From Thraustochytrium aureum (lineage: Eukaryota): 59,463 nt of DNA. Made by a program: the position numbers and the translations under genes. The DNA lies in the NCBI GenBank assembly GCA_012862495.1, contig BLSG01000187.1, positions 20,402 through 79,864 of the forward strand. The letters run 5' to 3'. The notes beneath the pieces are model-generated. The model worked only from the letters and a program-made list of their open reading frames with translations. It made no database searches and had not been told where the DNA came from. Below are positions 10,477 through 22,767 of this stretch, one piece after another (the first letter of the stretch is position 1; each line of letters opens with the position of its first letter).

Positions 10477-13400
10477 CTATGAAAACACTACGCGCACGTT
10501 CGCAGCTTCTGCGGCTACGTAGATTGCATACCGGACAATCTCGTCCGACACGGCCAGCTGCCGAGCAAGCGCAGCAACCTGTTCGATCTTGACGCCAATA
10601 TCGGTGCGCGGGGCCGTCGACGTAGAATGCGTCTCCACATCCACAAAGGGAAGCGAGCCCACCGAGGAAGCCCTGCCCGAACGCGCACTTCGAATCTCAT
10701 CATCGGTGCAGTCCCGAGGACTATTTGCCGCACCCGCCGGCCCACTGCAGGCTCTGCCACTCAACAGCCCGAGAACCGCGTTCACAGCTCGGTCGAGGAG
10801 GACACAAGCAGCAGCAAAGTTTGGCGGCCCGCTTGGCGGTGGGCCAATCAGCCTCGCCTCGTATTCAACATTGTCCGAGTAGCGCTTGATCCACGAGTGT
10901 TTGAGGAGCACAGCGGCGCTCGGCCGATCCGCCGCCTGAAGCGCGAGAGCTCGCGCCATAAAGTCGCGAAACTCGGCTGAGAAGCGCACGGTTCTGGGCG
11001 CAAAGCACGTGTTGGACCGGACTGACACAAACTCGGGGAGCTCGAGGCCGCGCCGGTTCGAGTCAAGCCTCTCAAGAAGGAGCCAATAGAGGTTGCGCTG
11101 GGCCAAATTGTCGCCTTCAGCCTCGAGGTCGCTGAAATGGAGCGGGTAGCGGCCGAGCACGCAAGCCAGCAGCGTGAGCCCAAACGACCAGACGTCGCTC
11201 GCGTACGAGGCAGGCTCGCCGCGAAGGCGCTCCGGGCTCATGTACTTGAGCGTGCCCACAAACTTGGTACCCTCCTGCTTTTGGTACGTGGCGAGGCGCT
11301 GGGCGAGGCCAAAGTCGGCGAGCTTTGCGTGACCGGTTTGCGTGACGAGCACGTTGGCAGGCTTGACGTCCAGGTGGACGAAACCGCCCGAGTGCAACTG
11401 TGCGAGAGCGGTCAAGACGTCCCGAGCGATGCGAGCCAGCATAGCCTCGTTGCAGAGCGCAGCCCGTTCGCGCGGGCAGGACGGAGGCGGCGTAGCCCGT
11501 GGGCCGTTCTCACGAAGCGGCACTCCAGGATTTTCCTTGGCGAGGCTGCTGTCGAGGACTGTTGGCCAGATCGCAACGCGGTTGGCGGCGCGCAGCGCAG
11601 CCGACATCGAGTTGGCGACACTGCAGACTCGCTCGACCCTGCCGCTTCTGGTGCGAGTCGATTACATCCTGCAGGCAGCCCCCGCTGACGTACTCGGTGA
11701 CGAGGCATATCGTCTGGTCCTCGCTGTCAAAGTAAGCGTTGTGGAGATGAATCAACTCCGGGCTCCTGTCTCCCCCTTCCTGTCCGAGCTTGCCGTTGTC
11801 AGTGAGCGAGTGCGCTTCGCGCGCGGCCTGCCGCGCACTGCTGGCGTCGTGAACCGAGGCCTCCTTGATCGCAACCAGCTGGAACGTCTTGCACTCGATG
11901 CCAAGGTGCACGGTTCCGTTCGCACCATAGCCGAGCGTGGCGAGGCGCGCCACCGTGTCCTTCCGGATTTTGCCGATCCGCCCAAGAAACCCCCGCTTTG
12001 TAAACTCGATGCCGGCGATAGTAAACGAGCCGCCAATACTTGCCACAGACTCGATCACATTTATGCGAGAGGAGGGCATCGCCAGCGGTTTGAAACCCAA
12101 AGCTAGAGTCTGCGTCTGATCCAGCCCTCACCAGGCCGTGGCCCTGATCCGGGTCGGTGCCAGGCCCGCCAGTCACCATGCCGCGGCTGTGTTCGACGAG
12201 GCCAGCTATTGCATTCGACGCAGCGGCGCCCGTTTTTACGAAGGCGCGCTGACTCGTCGAGCAGTTGATGCGCAGCACGTCGTCCGCGCCAGGCGAGCCC
12301 GTTGCCGCGCCAGCGTCGCCATCGGCAGGTGCGGCTTCCAGCGCCTGCGAGCCGAACCCTGGGCTGGGGCCGACCTTGAGCACGACATGCGGCTCGTCGT
12401 TGTCGACGTCGTGGCCAACTTGCCGCACGTGGTCCCCTATGCATGGCTCGTGCTGGTCCGGCGAGGTCACAGCCGAGTGGAAAAAGTTGCGCTTCATTTT
12501 GACCCGCATCTCGTCCTCCCGGTCCGGGTACTGCGCGAGGTGCATCGCGTCGTAAACGATGAGCACGAAACCCGCGAGCCCCTCAAATCCGAGAATGAGA
12601 GCGACGACCCAGCTGATCGACTCGGGCGGCGCGAGTCCCGTGAGCGACGTCGACTTGCCGCTCTCCACCAGGAAGGACAAGTCGCTTCCCAAGTCGCGAG
12701 ACGAGTAAACGAGGACCGTGACGCAGATTGCGCACAGATTGACCATCGAGATCGAGGCGAACGTAGAGTCGAAGCGGTTGCGGTAGGGCTGGATGAGCTG
12801 CAACATGAACAGCGAGCAAAGCGAGATGAAGAGCGCAAAAATAACCTGCGGGAACCCACCAACGAGGCCCCACCTGGCCTGTTCCACGTTGCCATTATAA
12901 GGCTCACCTGAGACACGGTAGTGCGCAACCGGCGACAACGCGGGGACAAGTAGCTCGACGCCCGCAACTTGCACAAACTTGCGCAACAGGTCGTAGACCT
13001 CAAACCAATACGCCCGGTTCGTATACGCGTGGTGCACGACCGCAATGTGTCGGACCTCGGCGCGTTGCTCTGGCGTCCAGCTCTCGCGGGCCAACACGGA
13101 GCGCTTGGCGAAAACCAGGGCCGCGAAGAGGCCCGGAACGCCGACGCCGTAGAGCGCCAGCATGACGGACGCAAACACCAGCCAGCCATCGTACGCAGCC
13201 CCAACGCAGCGCACGGTGAGGTCCGTTCGGAGAACTGACTCGCCGCCGACGTCTTGGCATGCAAACATTGAGAGCGCTGCTGCAATTGCCGCAGGGAACA
13301 CGAGCCACAGAGCGAAAAGAATCGCGTTGCAGCCCTCGACGCGGGCTCGCTCTTTCTGCACGCACGTCGGCAGCGCGCTCACCTTCATCGCGAGCGCGCA

Positions 13401-16400
13401 CGAGCCGACGAACAACAGTGGGAGAATCGTCCAGCCAGGAAGGGCCACCAGAGCAGCCGCATGGAGCGCACACGCGAGGTCGGCCACGCCGTCGATGAGC
13501 AGCGCGCTAAAGGGGAGGTCGGCCTGCGGCAGGAATCGGGCAAAGCAGAGGTAGACTTGAAAGAAGCTCAGCAAAACCATGAGCTTGGTCACCGCGCACC
13601 GTTCAAAGTACAGGTGCGCCCACGAGACATCTGACGCACAGACGTGCGGCGCGGGGCGCGCACGGCACTCCTGGATCGCGCTCGCTCGGGCGGCTGCGTC
13701 GTCTTCGCCGAGCGACATATGCAAGACGCCAAGCCACCAAGGCGAGCTGCCCTGGCGAGCGGCAGGAGGATCAGGACACCCGCGACAACACATAGTATCG
13801 CTAGGTTGCGCTCGTGCTCTGCGCGCAGCTCGCTTGTACAGCGCTCGCAGGCGCCATTCGACATCCCGTAGCCTTCCTCGCAGCGGCTGCACACTATCCC
13901 CGACTGGTGTGGCGCACAGAGGGGCACCGAATCGCCCGAGGCCGAGGCAGCCTGCAAGACGCGCCCGTGGTCGGCCGCCGCACTAGCAAGGCCGCTGCCT
14001 GGGGCTGGATCCAAGGCGAGCGATGCGTCGCAATAGCGCTCAACGGGGCACTGGAATATCTCCAGGTTGGTCGGGCTTGGACGCCAAAACCCTCTGCGCA
14101 AAATCACGTTCTGGGATGTCGTCCCAGGCGAGGCGCAGATCATTTGTGGCAGGCACGGCGTGAAGAGATCGCACTTTGCGCCGCCGCCTGACGTTTGCGC
14201 CTCAGCGCAGCTGGTATCGTAAAAGTAGTTCTCCGCTGCCACCGAGCAGTTGTCGCGCGACGGAGACCCTGTCGCGCTCGTAGTCGTGCCTGCGGGGCAC
14301 AAGTGGCAAACGACCATGTCGCCAGTGCTGTAGGTTCCAACCGGGCACTCCCGGCACAGCTCCTGCAAAGGCTCTTGTGTCCCGCCCCCAGAGTCCGCCT
14401 TGCTCCCTGCACCCTTGCCTGCTGGGCACGACACGAGGACGGGCTTGGCAAAGGTGTTGATGGGGGCCATCAGGATGGTTTGGCCAGAGCGGGCCTCCAC
14501 GACCCGGACTCGCAGCGCCGCGCTTGGCTCTGTGTCAAAGTTGAGGTTTGCGAGAAGCCCTGTCAGGTCGAACTCGGTCTGCGACGTGGGCAGTGGGACC
14601 GATGCAATCAAGAGCCCGCTGCTTGCTTCCTCCACCACGACGAGCAGGTGCAAGGAATCCGCTTGCTCGGCGACGCCATCGTGATCCAGGGGCTCAAGCG
14701 GCAAGCCGGGCGAGCCGCCTGCGACGGAGGGCGCCGCGCTGGGCGCCGACTCGATGGGCGCCACCGATCCATTTGCAGGCTGAACCGCAGGGTATGTAAT
14801 GACGAGCCTGCCGTCGTCGGTGGGCCGGATCTCGACGCCGGAAGGGCGCTGGACCTGGACCGAGCTCGCCTTGGCGTCAAACACGAGAGTCGGTGAGCCA
14901 GCGCCGCCGATTCCAAACGGCGAGATCGTGGCGCTCGTCACAGACAGCAGGCCGCTGACGAGGTCGACCTGGTCACCGGGGAAGAAAAACGAATACTCGT
15001 GGCGCCCAGGCTCGTGCTCAACGAGCGTGCAGCACGGATCACGACGCACGTCGTCGGGACGAAAACGGACGAAATAGAGCCCGAGCGGCATCGTGATGTT
15101 CGCGTTTCCGACCGCAGCCTCGAGGCGCTCGCAGGCGTCGCAGCTGGTTGGTTCGTCGACAAGTTGCTCGAGCCAGCCAAAGACTTGCATGGCCGCGTCG
15201 GCTCGAGCGAAAATGGGGTCATCTGGGACGAGCCAAGACACCTCCAGGCCGAGCGGGTCAAACTCCGAGCGCGTCACTCCCGCAAAAGGCCTCGTGTCTG
15301 CGCACGGCGCGCCCGCGGCGTCCGCGAGATGCAAGCGCATCTGGCCGGCCGTGGCGGCGGCGCTGAATGCGCACGATGCGGCCTCGTCGTGCAGGTATTG
15401 GCCACGGCCGAGCCGCTCGGCTGCGAGCCAGAAGCTCTCCAGCAAGCTGCACGAGCAGACCAACCGGCCGCTGTCAAAGTACAGGCCGGGTTCCTGGCTT
15501 CCCCGGAGAAGCTCCAACCCTTGCGCGTTAAACAGCACTTGCCCACTCGCAGCTGAAGCCCACTTGGTTGCGTTTTCCTGCTCGTTGTGCTCCTGCGACG
15601 CCCACGCAAACCCTTCGAAAAGGTTGCCTCGGAGGTCCACAAGCGCGGGCAGGGGCCCCTCGCTGTCCCCGGGGTACGCGTACTGGCCAGTAAGACCGTT
15701 GTTGCTCAGGTCGAGGCTGGTTTGCGCTTTCAGCGACACGCTGCTGGGGACGGCCCACTGAGCGAGTTGTTGCTCAGGTCGACCAGCACGAGGCTCTCGA
15801 GCGCCGCGAGCCAGCTTGGGATCGCGCCAACCCGGTTGCACCGCGCCAGGCTGAGGACTCGGAGGTCGGCGAGGTGCTGTATTGCGTCTGGTATAGGGGC
15901 GGGATCGAGGTTTGGTCCTTCGATGGACAAGGTCCTGAGCATCGTCAGGTTGCCGAGCTCGTCCGGCAACCGTCCCAAGAGCGAATCCGAGCTCAGGCGC
16001 AGCACTCTGAGAGTTTTGGCGAGCACTGCGAGCGGCGCGAGAGCCTCGTGCGTCTGCACTGGGTCGACCAGCTCACCTCGCACGTCGATTTCGACCAAAT
16101 CGGAGAGGTTGGCGAGGGGGCTGATCTCGCCTTCAAAGCGAGAGGCCGAGACATGCAAGATACGCAGGGCTGGCGTCTCCGTGGCAAGCTCCTCTGCACT
16201 GACCACGAAATCGGGCGCCCCTCGAACAATGAGAACCTCCAAGAGCTCGAGGCTCACGAGAGACCCAAGGATTTTCACCGAGCCGTTCGCCGAAGCACCT
16301 CCGACATGGATCTCGCGGAGCTTGGGCAGCCTAGCGCAGGCTGGGCTGGCCCGAGAAGCAGAGGCGAGCCGAAGCGAGGCGAGGCGAGCGGCGGCGGCGG

Positions 16401-16845
16401 CGGCGGCGAGCCTCCTTCGCCCGTCATCGTGTTCGGTCGAATACTCGTCGGTTATGGCAGAGTAACCTTGTTCGAGGTCTTCGTCATTCCTGGTTGGCTC
16501 TCTGAACGCGGCGTGCACGCGAAGCGTGGTGAGCAGCTCGGGGATTCTCTTGATGTCGGCAACCTGCGCGGCGGCGACGCAAAGGTTTGCACTTCCATCG
16601 CGGACCTGCAGCTGGAGCTCCATCTCCTTCACGCTGCCCTTCTCACGACGGTTAAGGACGTAGCGAGCGGCCTCCCCGAGGTCGGTCTCGCATTCGCCAA
16701 GCGCTCTGCAAACGGTCTCGCACGACATCACCAAGGTGCCGTTTCCCCCCTCCTCGCTTGTGGACACGTCCTCGCAGGTCCACAGCGTCTGCGGCGTGGC
16801 GCCCGCCGCTTGCCAGCTCCACCCCATGGCCACCGTTGCAGCGAC
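10477..16845 (-). CDS. Putative LRR + Cys-rich + ~9TM + MAP2K-like kinase receptor; 4 frame breaks; 5' end in gap 16846-17272
   Basis: Five overlapping minus-strand ORFs. They encode a signal-like N-terminus, plant-type LRRs (LxxLxxLxLxxNxLxGxxP), CxxCPxGTYS/CxxC repeats, hydrophobic helices with KLMVLLSFFQV and YWFEVYDLLRKF motifs, and then a kinase (GYGANG, VAIKE, HLDVKPAN, DFG, FVGTLKYMSPER). Confidence 0.7.
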
Positions 16846-19369
16846 NNNNNNNNNNNNNNNNNNNNNNNNNNNNNNNNNNNNNNNNNNNNNNNNNNNNNNN
16901 NNNNNNNNNNNNNNNNNNNNNNNNNNNNNNNNNNNNNNNNNNNNNNNNNNNNNNNNNNNNNNNNNNNNNNNNNNNNNNNNNNNNNNNNNNNNNNNNNNNN
17001 NNNNNNNNNNNNNNNNNNNNNNNNNNNNNNNNNNNNNNNNNNNNNNNNNNNNNNNNNNNNNNNNNNNNNNNNNNNNNNNNNNNNNNNNNNNNNNNNNNNN
17101 NNNNNNNNNNNNNNNNNNNNNNNNNNNNNNNNNNNNNNNNNNNNNNNNNNNNNNNNNNNNNNNNNNNNNNNNNNNNNNNNNNNNNNNNNNNNNNNNNNNN
17201 NNNNNNNNNNNNNNNNNNNNNNNNNNNNNNNNNNNNNNNNNNNNNNNNNNNNNNNNNNNNNNNNNNNNNNNNTGCATGTCCTTTGGTTCAGTGAAAGTTT
17301 GCACAAACACTGCGCGAAACAAGGGGCCCACTGTGACGTGATCGCAGCCGACAGCCGACTGGGACGGCGCCGTGGTCGCGTCCCACGGATGACGAGCTCC
17401 GGCTGGGTGTCGTGGCTTGGCCTGTGAGCCACTGCTGCGCGCCGCAGCCGAGCGGCTCGCTGATGATTGATCGATCGGCTGGTTGCATTTGGTCGAGGTC
17501 GTCGATGAACCGTCTGGCGCGCTCGGGCCACGCCACGCGTCCAACACGGACGCCGCCGCGCGCAGCGGACGGAGAGCGCCGCGCGCAGCGGACGGAGAGA
17601 GAGCGAGAGCGCCAACGGAGAGAGAGCGCAGCACGGTTTCCCCGCTCGTGGGGGTGCGGGGCGACCCATGAGAGCTCTGCAAGGCGGATTGGGCTCGCAC
17701 GCGCGTACGGTGGGAAGCAATCGACGGGGTCGCGTTGTTTCTCCTGGCTTTCACGAGATGGCGCGGGCCGCGGGGGCGTAGCAGCGGCTACGTCTCGCCG
17801 TTGCGTGGCCAAAGGGGCGACAAGTCTCTCTGCATTACACGAGGTGCTGAGTGAGCTGAGCGCGGTGGATGGATGGTGGATGGCAGGCAGCATGCAACGC
17901 AACGACTGGGCGAGATAGTAGTCAGAATTCAGCAAAACGCCCCCTCACCGTGCGTGCGTGCATTCGGCCTTTGTGACTACGCGCGTTCCGCTACGGGAGC
18001 GCCCTAGGTTTTAGGTGCAGCGTGTGCCAGGCGAGTCGGGGGCCTTGCAAGCAGCGATGCCTGTGGTGAAATCATGAGTCCGTGCATGCAAAGCAACCAA
18101 AAAGGAACAAATCCTGCGCGGCCGCCAACGATCGCAACTCGATTCGCAAGCGCTCCGCGCGCTGACGAGCCACCAACGCAAACCGAGCGCAAACCGTGCC
18201 GGGTCGCAGAGTAGGCGAGTTACTCCTCATACCTCCACCTCTGCAGGTCACTTGCTTGCTCCTCTACGTTCTGCGATGACAACGGGCGCGAAACACGCCG
18301 AACGCCTGCTTCCGAGGGGCCCTGCTTCCGAGGGGCCGGCCAGCCGGGCGCGGAACAGGAGACCAGCCTCCACGGCCCGTGCTGCTGCGAGCCTGCGACC
18401 CCTGTCGCGAGGGCGCGCGAAGAAACCGAAGCAAGGGGCCGCCGAGCTCGACGAGTACTTACCGAGCCGAAGCGAAGAACGGAGGCAAGTACTCCACACG
18501 AGTACTTACCTACCTCTACCTGCAGCTCGGCCTCGTAGCAGGACAGGCCGACCAGTTTCGGCACGGCGGCGGTCGTGGCTCGCCGGCGCCGCGGNNNNNN
18601 NNNNNNNNNNNNNNNNNNNNNNNNNNNNNNNNNNNNNNNNNNNNNNNNNNNNNNNNNNNNNNNNNNNNNNNNNNNNNNNNNNNNNNNNNNNNNNNNNNNN
18701 NNNNNNNNNNNNNNNNNNNNNNNNNNNNNNNNNNNNNNNNNNNNNNNNNNNNNNNNNNNNNNNNNNNNNNNNNNNNNNNNNNNNNNNNNNNNNNNNNNNN
18801 NNNNNNNNNNNNNNNNNNNNNNNNNNNNNNNNNNNNNNNNNNNNNNNNNNNNNNNNNNNNNNNNNNNNNNNNNNNNNNNNNNNNNNNNNNNNNNNNNNNN
18901 NNNNNNNNNNNNNNNNNNNNNNNNNNCGCCCTTTCTCTCGTGAGACCAGCCGAGAGTCCAGCTCACTTCTGATGAAGACGCAAGAAGGGGAAGAAAAAGG
19001 AAAAAACAAACGACGCAGAGGAAAACCAAGGGAGGAAGTAGGAGGCCAGCAGCAGCCTGGACGAGCGAGCAGCCTGTGCTGCCAGCTCAGAGTGAGGCCC
19101 ATGCCTGCTTGAGATGCCGCCTGCCATCACGTCCTTGCATGTAGGTAGGTGGTAGCAGCTGCGCCGCCAGGCAGCAGTCACGGAGCTCGCAACGGCGCCA
19201 GGAGACGCAAAAGCAGCCAGCGCGAACGAGCCAGCGAGGGCGCGGGCAGCCGAGCCAGAGCCGTCGAAGAGCCCAGCCAGACAGACAGACAGACAGCCGT
19301 GCCCACGAGAAGTGCCAGTTTGGGCTGCGAGCAAACGACGGAACGCGGAGCAGCGCCTCACTAGTCGCC

Positions 19370-20185
19370 ATGGAGCGCCGCAGCGCAGCGAGCGCCGCAG
19401 CCGCAGCGCCGCCCGCCGATACCGCCAACGAGCTCAAGCAGAGCCCAGAGCCCGCGATGGCGCCGTCCACGCTAAAGCCGCGCTCGTTCCCGCGGCGGTT
19501 CATCGTATGGGCCCTGGTCAAGACAGTCGTGCAGGTCGTTATCGCGTTCCTGTCGATCTCATTCATCGCCCAGAGCAACTTTTTCGTGCCATACTCGTAC
19601 GACGCGACCGTGTGGTCCAAGGAGGCCATTCGCAAAATCTACCTTCCACAGGGGGTCTTTGAGATCGTCGACCTCGTTGCGGAGATTTGGATGCTGCGCC
19701 GCCAGTCCAGCAAGGCGCACTTGCCGTGGGACTCGATCGCGCACCACACAGTCTCCGCCGCGTACGCCTTTTACATTTACTTTGCTGCGTACGAGCTGGA
19801 CCACTCGTTCCTGGGCCTCGCCGTGGCCGCGCTCTCGTGCCAGGTGATCGGGCCGCTCTACACCTTGCACCGGCTAAAGCTCCGGTTTAGCCTCCTGCCG
19901 CTCATGACTCTGGCCGTACAGAGCATGTACCGCTGCCCGCTGGCCATTGTGTCTCTTATCCGCGCGGCTCAGTTCTACACGGTCTGCCCCTGGCCGCACT
20001 TTGTGATCTGCATGGTGCTCGCGCACCTCGACTACCGCTGGACGCTGTGGGCCTACAAGATGCACGTTCGCTCTTGGCGTCGCCAGGCGGAGGAGGACCA
20101 AGGCGAGAAGGGCGCCGCGGCTCGCGCCGTTGCGGCGGCTGGCTCGTCCATGCCGCTCACCTCGCAGCACCTCAAGGCCCTCTAA
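19370..20185 (+). CDS. Multi-pass membrane protein, TLC (TRAM/LAG1/CLN8)-like
   Basis: 271-aa ORF with about 6 hydrophobic helices and an IAHH motif typical of TLC domains. Confidence 0.55.
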   Translation: MERRSAASAAAAAPPADTANELKQSPEPAMAPSTLKPRSFPRRFIVWALVKTVVQVVIAFLSISFIAQSNFFVPYSYDATVWSKEAIRKIYLPQGVFEIVDLVAEIWMLRRQSSKAHLPWDSIAHHTVSAAYAFYIYFAAYELDHSFLGLAVAALSCQVIGPLYTLHRLKLRFSLLPLMTLAVQSMYRCPLAIVSLIRAAQFYTVCPWPHFVICMVLAHLDYRWTLWAYKMHVRSWRRQAEEDQGEKGAAARAVAAAGSSMPLTSQHLKAL

Positions 20186-20613
20186 GGCGTGGAGTGCTCA
20201 CGGGCTGGACCTGAAGGCGCGCGCCCGGCCCCTGCGCATGCTTTGCAAGCGCCCCTTGACACTGATTCTCTGACCCCGACGTCCTTAGCGACTCTGCAAC
20301 ACTGCCTCCATCGCGGGTTGCCGCGCCGGCCCAGAATGACCTGACGTTTCTGGCTCGCTCCTCTTGTCTGCCTCAAGCTAGTAGAGCTCTTTGAGTAGGA
20401 GAGGGGGAGCAACAGAATGAACCGACATCATCGGATCAGTCTCTCTGCCACAGCAAATTGTCAGCAATGCAAAAAACGTCACATGACCCTTTCCTCCGCA
20501 AACCCAATATGCTCATACGTTTTAACGACGGCACGCCTCGGCTCGGACGGCGCAACAAGGGATCAGCTCTCGAGCCACGCAGCCGCGGCGGCTCATCGCG
20601 CTCCTGGTCCTCC

Positions 20614-20852
20614 TCACTTGACCTTGACGGCGGTGCCGTACGCAGTAACAAACACATACACCCCAAAGACGAGGCGGTTCACGATGACGGCCTTCTCGAT
20701 TCGAAAGTTGATCACCTGGTCGGCATCCATACGCTGCGCGGCCGTCGCAACGCCGTCCGCTGCCCGCACGACGGCGTCGCTCGTCAGCTCCTCGTACTGG
20801 CGCGCCGGACCCCCAAACACGCCCAGCACGGCGAGCATCACATCCACAAAAA
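20614..20852 (-). CDS. YbjQ/UPF0145 putative heavy-metal-binding family protein, 3' part (5' end in gap)
   Basis: FGGPARQYEEL...AQRMDADQVINFRIE...VTAYGTAVKV matches the YbjQ C-terminal signature (GG..Y..L; ADA[VI]; AYGTAV). Confidence 0.8.
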
Positions 20853-21338
20853 NNNNNNNNNNNNNNNNNNNNNNNNNNNNNNNNNNNNNNNNNNNNNNNN
20901 NNNNNNNNNNNNNNNNNNNNNNNNNNNNNNNNNNNNNNNNNNNNNNNNNNNNNNNNNNNNNNNNNNNNNNNNNNNNNNNNNNNNNNNNNNNNNNNNNNNN
21001 NNNNNNNNNNNNNNNNNNNNNNNNNNNNNNNNNNNNNNNNNNNNNNNNNNNNNNNNNNNNNNNNNNNNNNNNNNNNNNNNNNNNNNNNNNNNNNNNNNNN
21101 NNNNNNNNNNNNNNNNGTGCGCGGGCTTGCCCGCAGGAACGACTGAGGGCTTTGCCGGTACGCGCGACCGCGTGCGCGCCTGGACGCGTCCTCGTCGCCT
21201 GGGGCGGTGCGCTCGTGGAGTTCGGGCTCTGCTCTGCGGACGAGCGTCGAAGCGCTCGTGGTGTTTTGACGCCGCCCGCCGCGGCAGAGTCGCTCGAGCG
21301 CGAGGCGCGGCGCCGGGCGGCTGCAGCCGGCTTGAACG

Positions 21339-22604
21339 ATGAGCAAGGCGCGCAGAGGCGGCGGGGACGCTGCTCCTGGCAAGTGGGGCGACTGGCGCGC
21401 GCAAGCTAGGTACGCGATTGACGCCGCACTCGCGAGCCGGTCACCGGGCTCGCCTGGAGCGGCGCGCCTTGGGTGCAACAGCAGCCACGCGCAAAGACAC
21501 GACATGCGGTCCGTCTCGAGGCAGCTGTTCGAGCTGCGGTCTCGGCAGGTCCGCGTGGAGGGCAAGTGGCGGGCACGCCAGCGCGACGCCTCGAGGGCGA
21601 AATCCCGGCAAGTCATCCTGAGCAAGACCGAGCTGGCGCGCCGCAGCCTTCTGCAGCGACGGGGGCGCGCAAAGGAGAGCGCCCCGACGATCTTGTCTCT
21701 CGCAGCGCTCTGCGCGACCAGGATCGCAGCCGAGCTCGAGTTCCTCCAGGCTGACGAAGACCTCGGCCTCTTCAGCTGGTTTCCGGGCGACGTCAAAGCG
21801 GAGATTCTCAAGCAAGCGAGCCGCCTCGCCGAAGCGCGGGGCTCTTACATCGTGCGCGACGAAATGCTCGGCGGCCTGCTGGAGCCCTCGATGCGCGAGC
21901 TCGACCTCAGCTACTCTGGCGTCACGGACGACTTTGTCAGCCTCATCGAGCCTCGCATCAACAACCTCAGCCCGGGCGAGAGCTGGGAATCGATCGCGAG
22001 CCTCGAGGTACGCGGTCTCTCGCGCCTTGTCGACCTCAACTTGGCGTTTTGCCCCCGTCTCACCGAAGACGCGGTCGAGCAGCTGGCTGGGGCCGCGCCA
22101 ATGCTTCGTCGACTCGGGCTCGCTGGCAACTTTAACGGCGGCGAGTCGGCGTTCTACCTCCTCACTGCGTTGAAGCGGCTCTCCTCACTAGAGTACCTCG
22201 ACCTCGCCTGCTGCTTTTGGGTTTCCCTGGACCTCATGGTCCAGGCAGGCTTTCTCGCGCTGCACTGCGTGACCCCGTTGCCCGCGCTGCGCGTGGTCAG
22301 CGTCGAGGAATGTCCCGAAATGACAGCCGTTATGGCTCGAGTGCCTGTTGAGGCCGGCCCTGCGCACGCTGGTTTGCGCGCGCCGCTCGCCTCGATCGTC
22401 AAGCCGGACGGGCTCCTCGAGCATCGCGGTGTGGCGCGCGCGTCCCGCGCGCTCGAGGTCTTTGACGTTGCCGGGGGGCTGAATTGGAGTCTGCTGCTGA
22501 GGGCCAACAAGCGCACCTTGCGCTTTCTCACGTCGTTCGACCCTGACTGCGAGCCGTCCCAGCTGGGCGAGGGGGGGGCGCAACGTGGGAGTACTGCGCC
22601 ATGA
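21339..22604 (+). CDS. RNI-like/F-box-type leucine-rich-repeat protein
   Basis: 421-aa ORF with LRRs (MRELDLSYSGVTD, LVDLNLAFCPRLTE, LEYLDLACC), preceded by SLAALC and FPGDVKAEIL segments. Confidence 0.7.
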   Translation: MSKARRGGGDAAPGKWGDWRAQARYAIDAALASRSPGSPGAARLGCNSSHAQRHDMRSVSRQLFELRSRQVRVEGKWRARQRDASRAKSRQVILSKTELARRSLLQRRGRAKESAPTILSLAALCATRIAAELEFLQADEDLGLFSWFPGDVKAEILKQASRLAEARGSYIVRDEMLGGLLEPSMRELDLSYSGVTDDFVSLIEPRINNLSPGESWESIASLEVRGLSRLVDLNLAFCPRLTEDAVEQLAGAAPMLRRLGLAGNFNGGESAFYLLTALKRLSSLEYLDLACCFWVSLDLMVQAGFLALHCVTPLPALRVVSVEECPEMTAVMARVPVEAGPAHAGLRAPLASIVKPDGLLEHRGVARASRALEVFDVAGGLNWSLLLRANKRTLRFLTSFDPDCEPSQLGEGGAQRGSTAP

Positions 22605-22767
22605 GGACTTGCAAGCGCTTGCGCGGGCTGCCGCAGTCGCGGCGGGTGTCAAGGCGAGAAATGGCTACGACTTGTAAATAGATTCGAAAACTGCCTCCCA
22701 GCCTTTGCTTTTCGGAGAGCGAGCGGGGCCAGTCAGTCCGGCTGGCAATGCGGAGTTCCCTTGCCCC

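Noticed and set aside
12090..12106. TTTGGGTTTC as a programmed ribosomal frameshift site
   Set aside because: It is not a canonical X XXY YYZ slippery heptamer, and the many other homopolymer indels make sequencing error more parsimonious.
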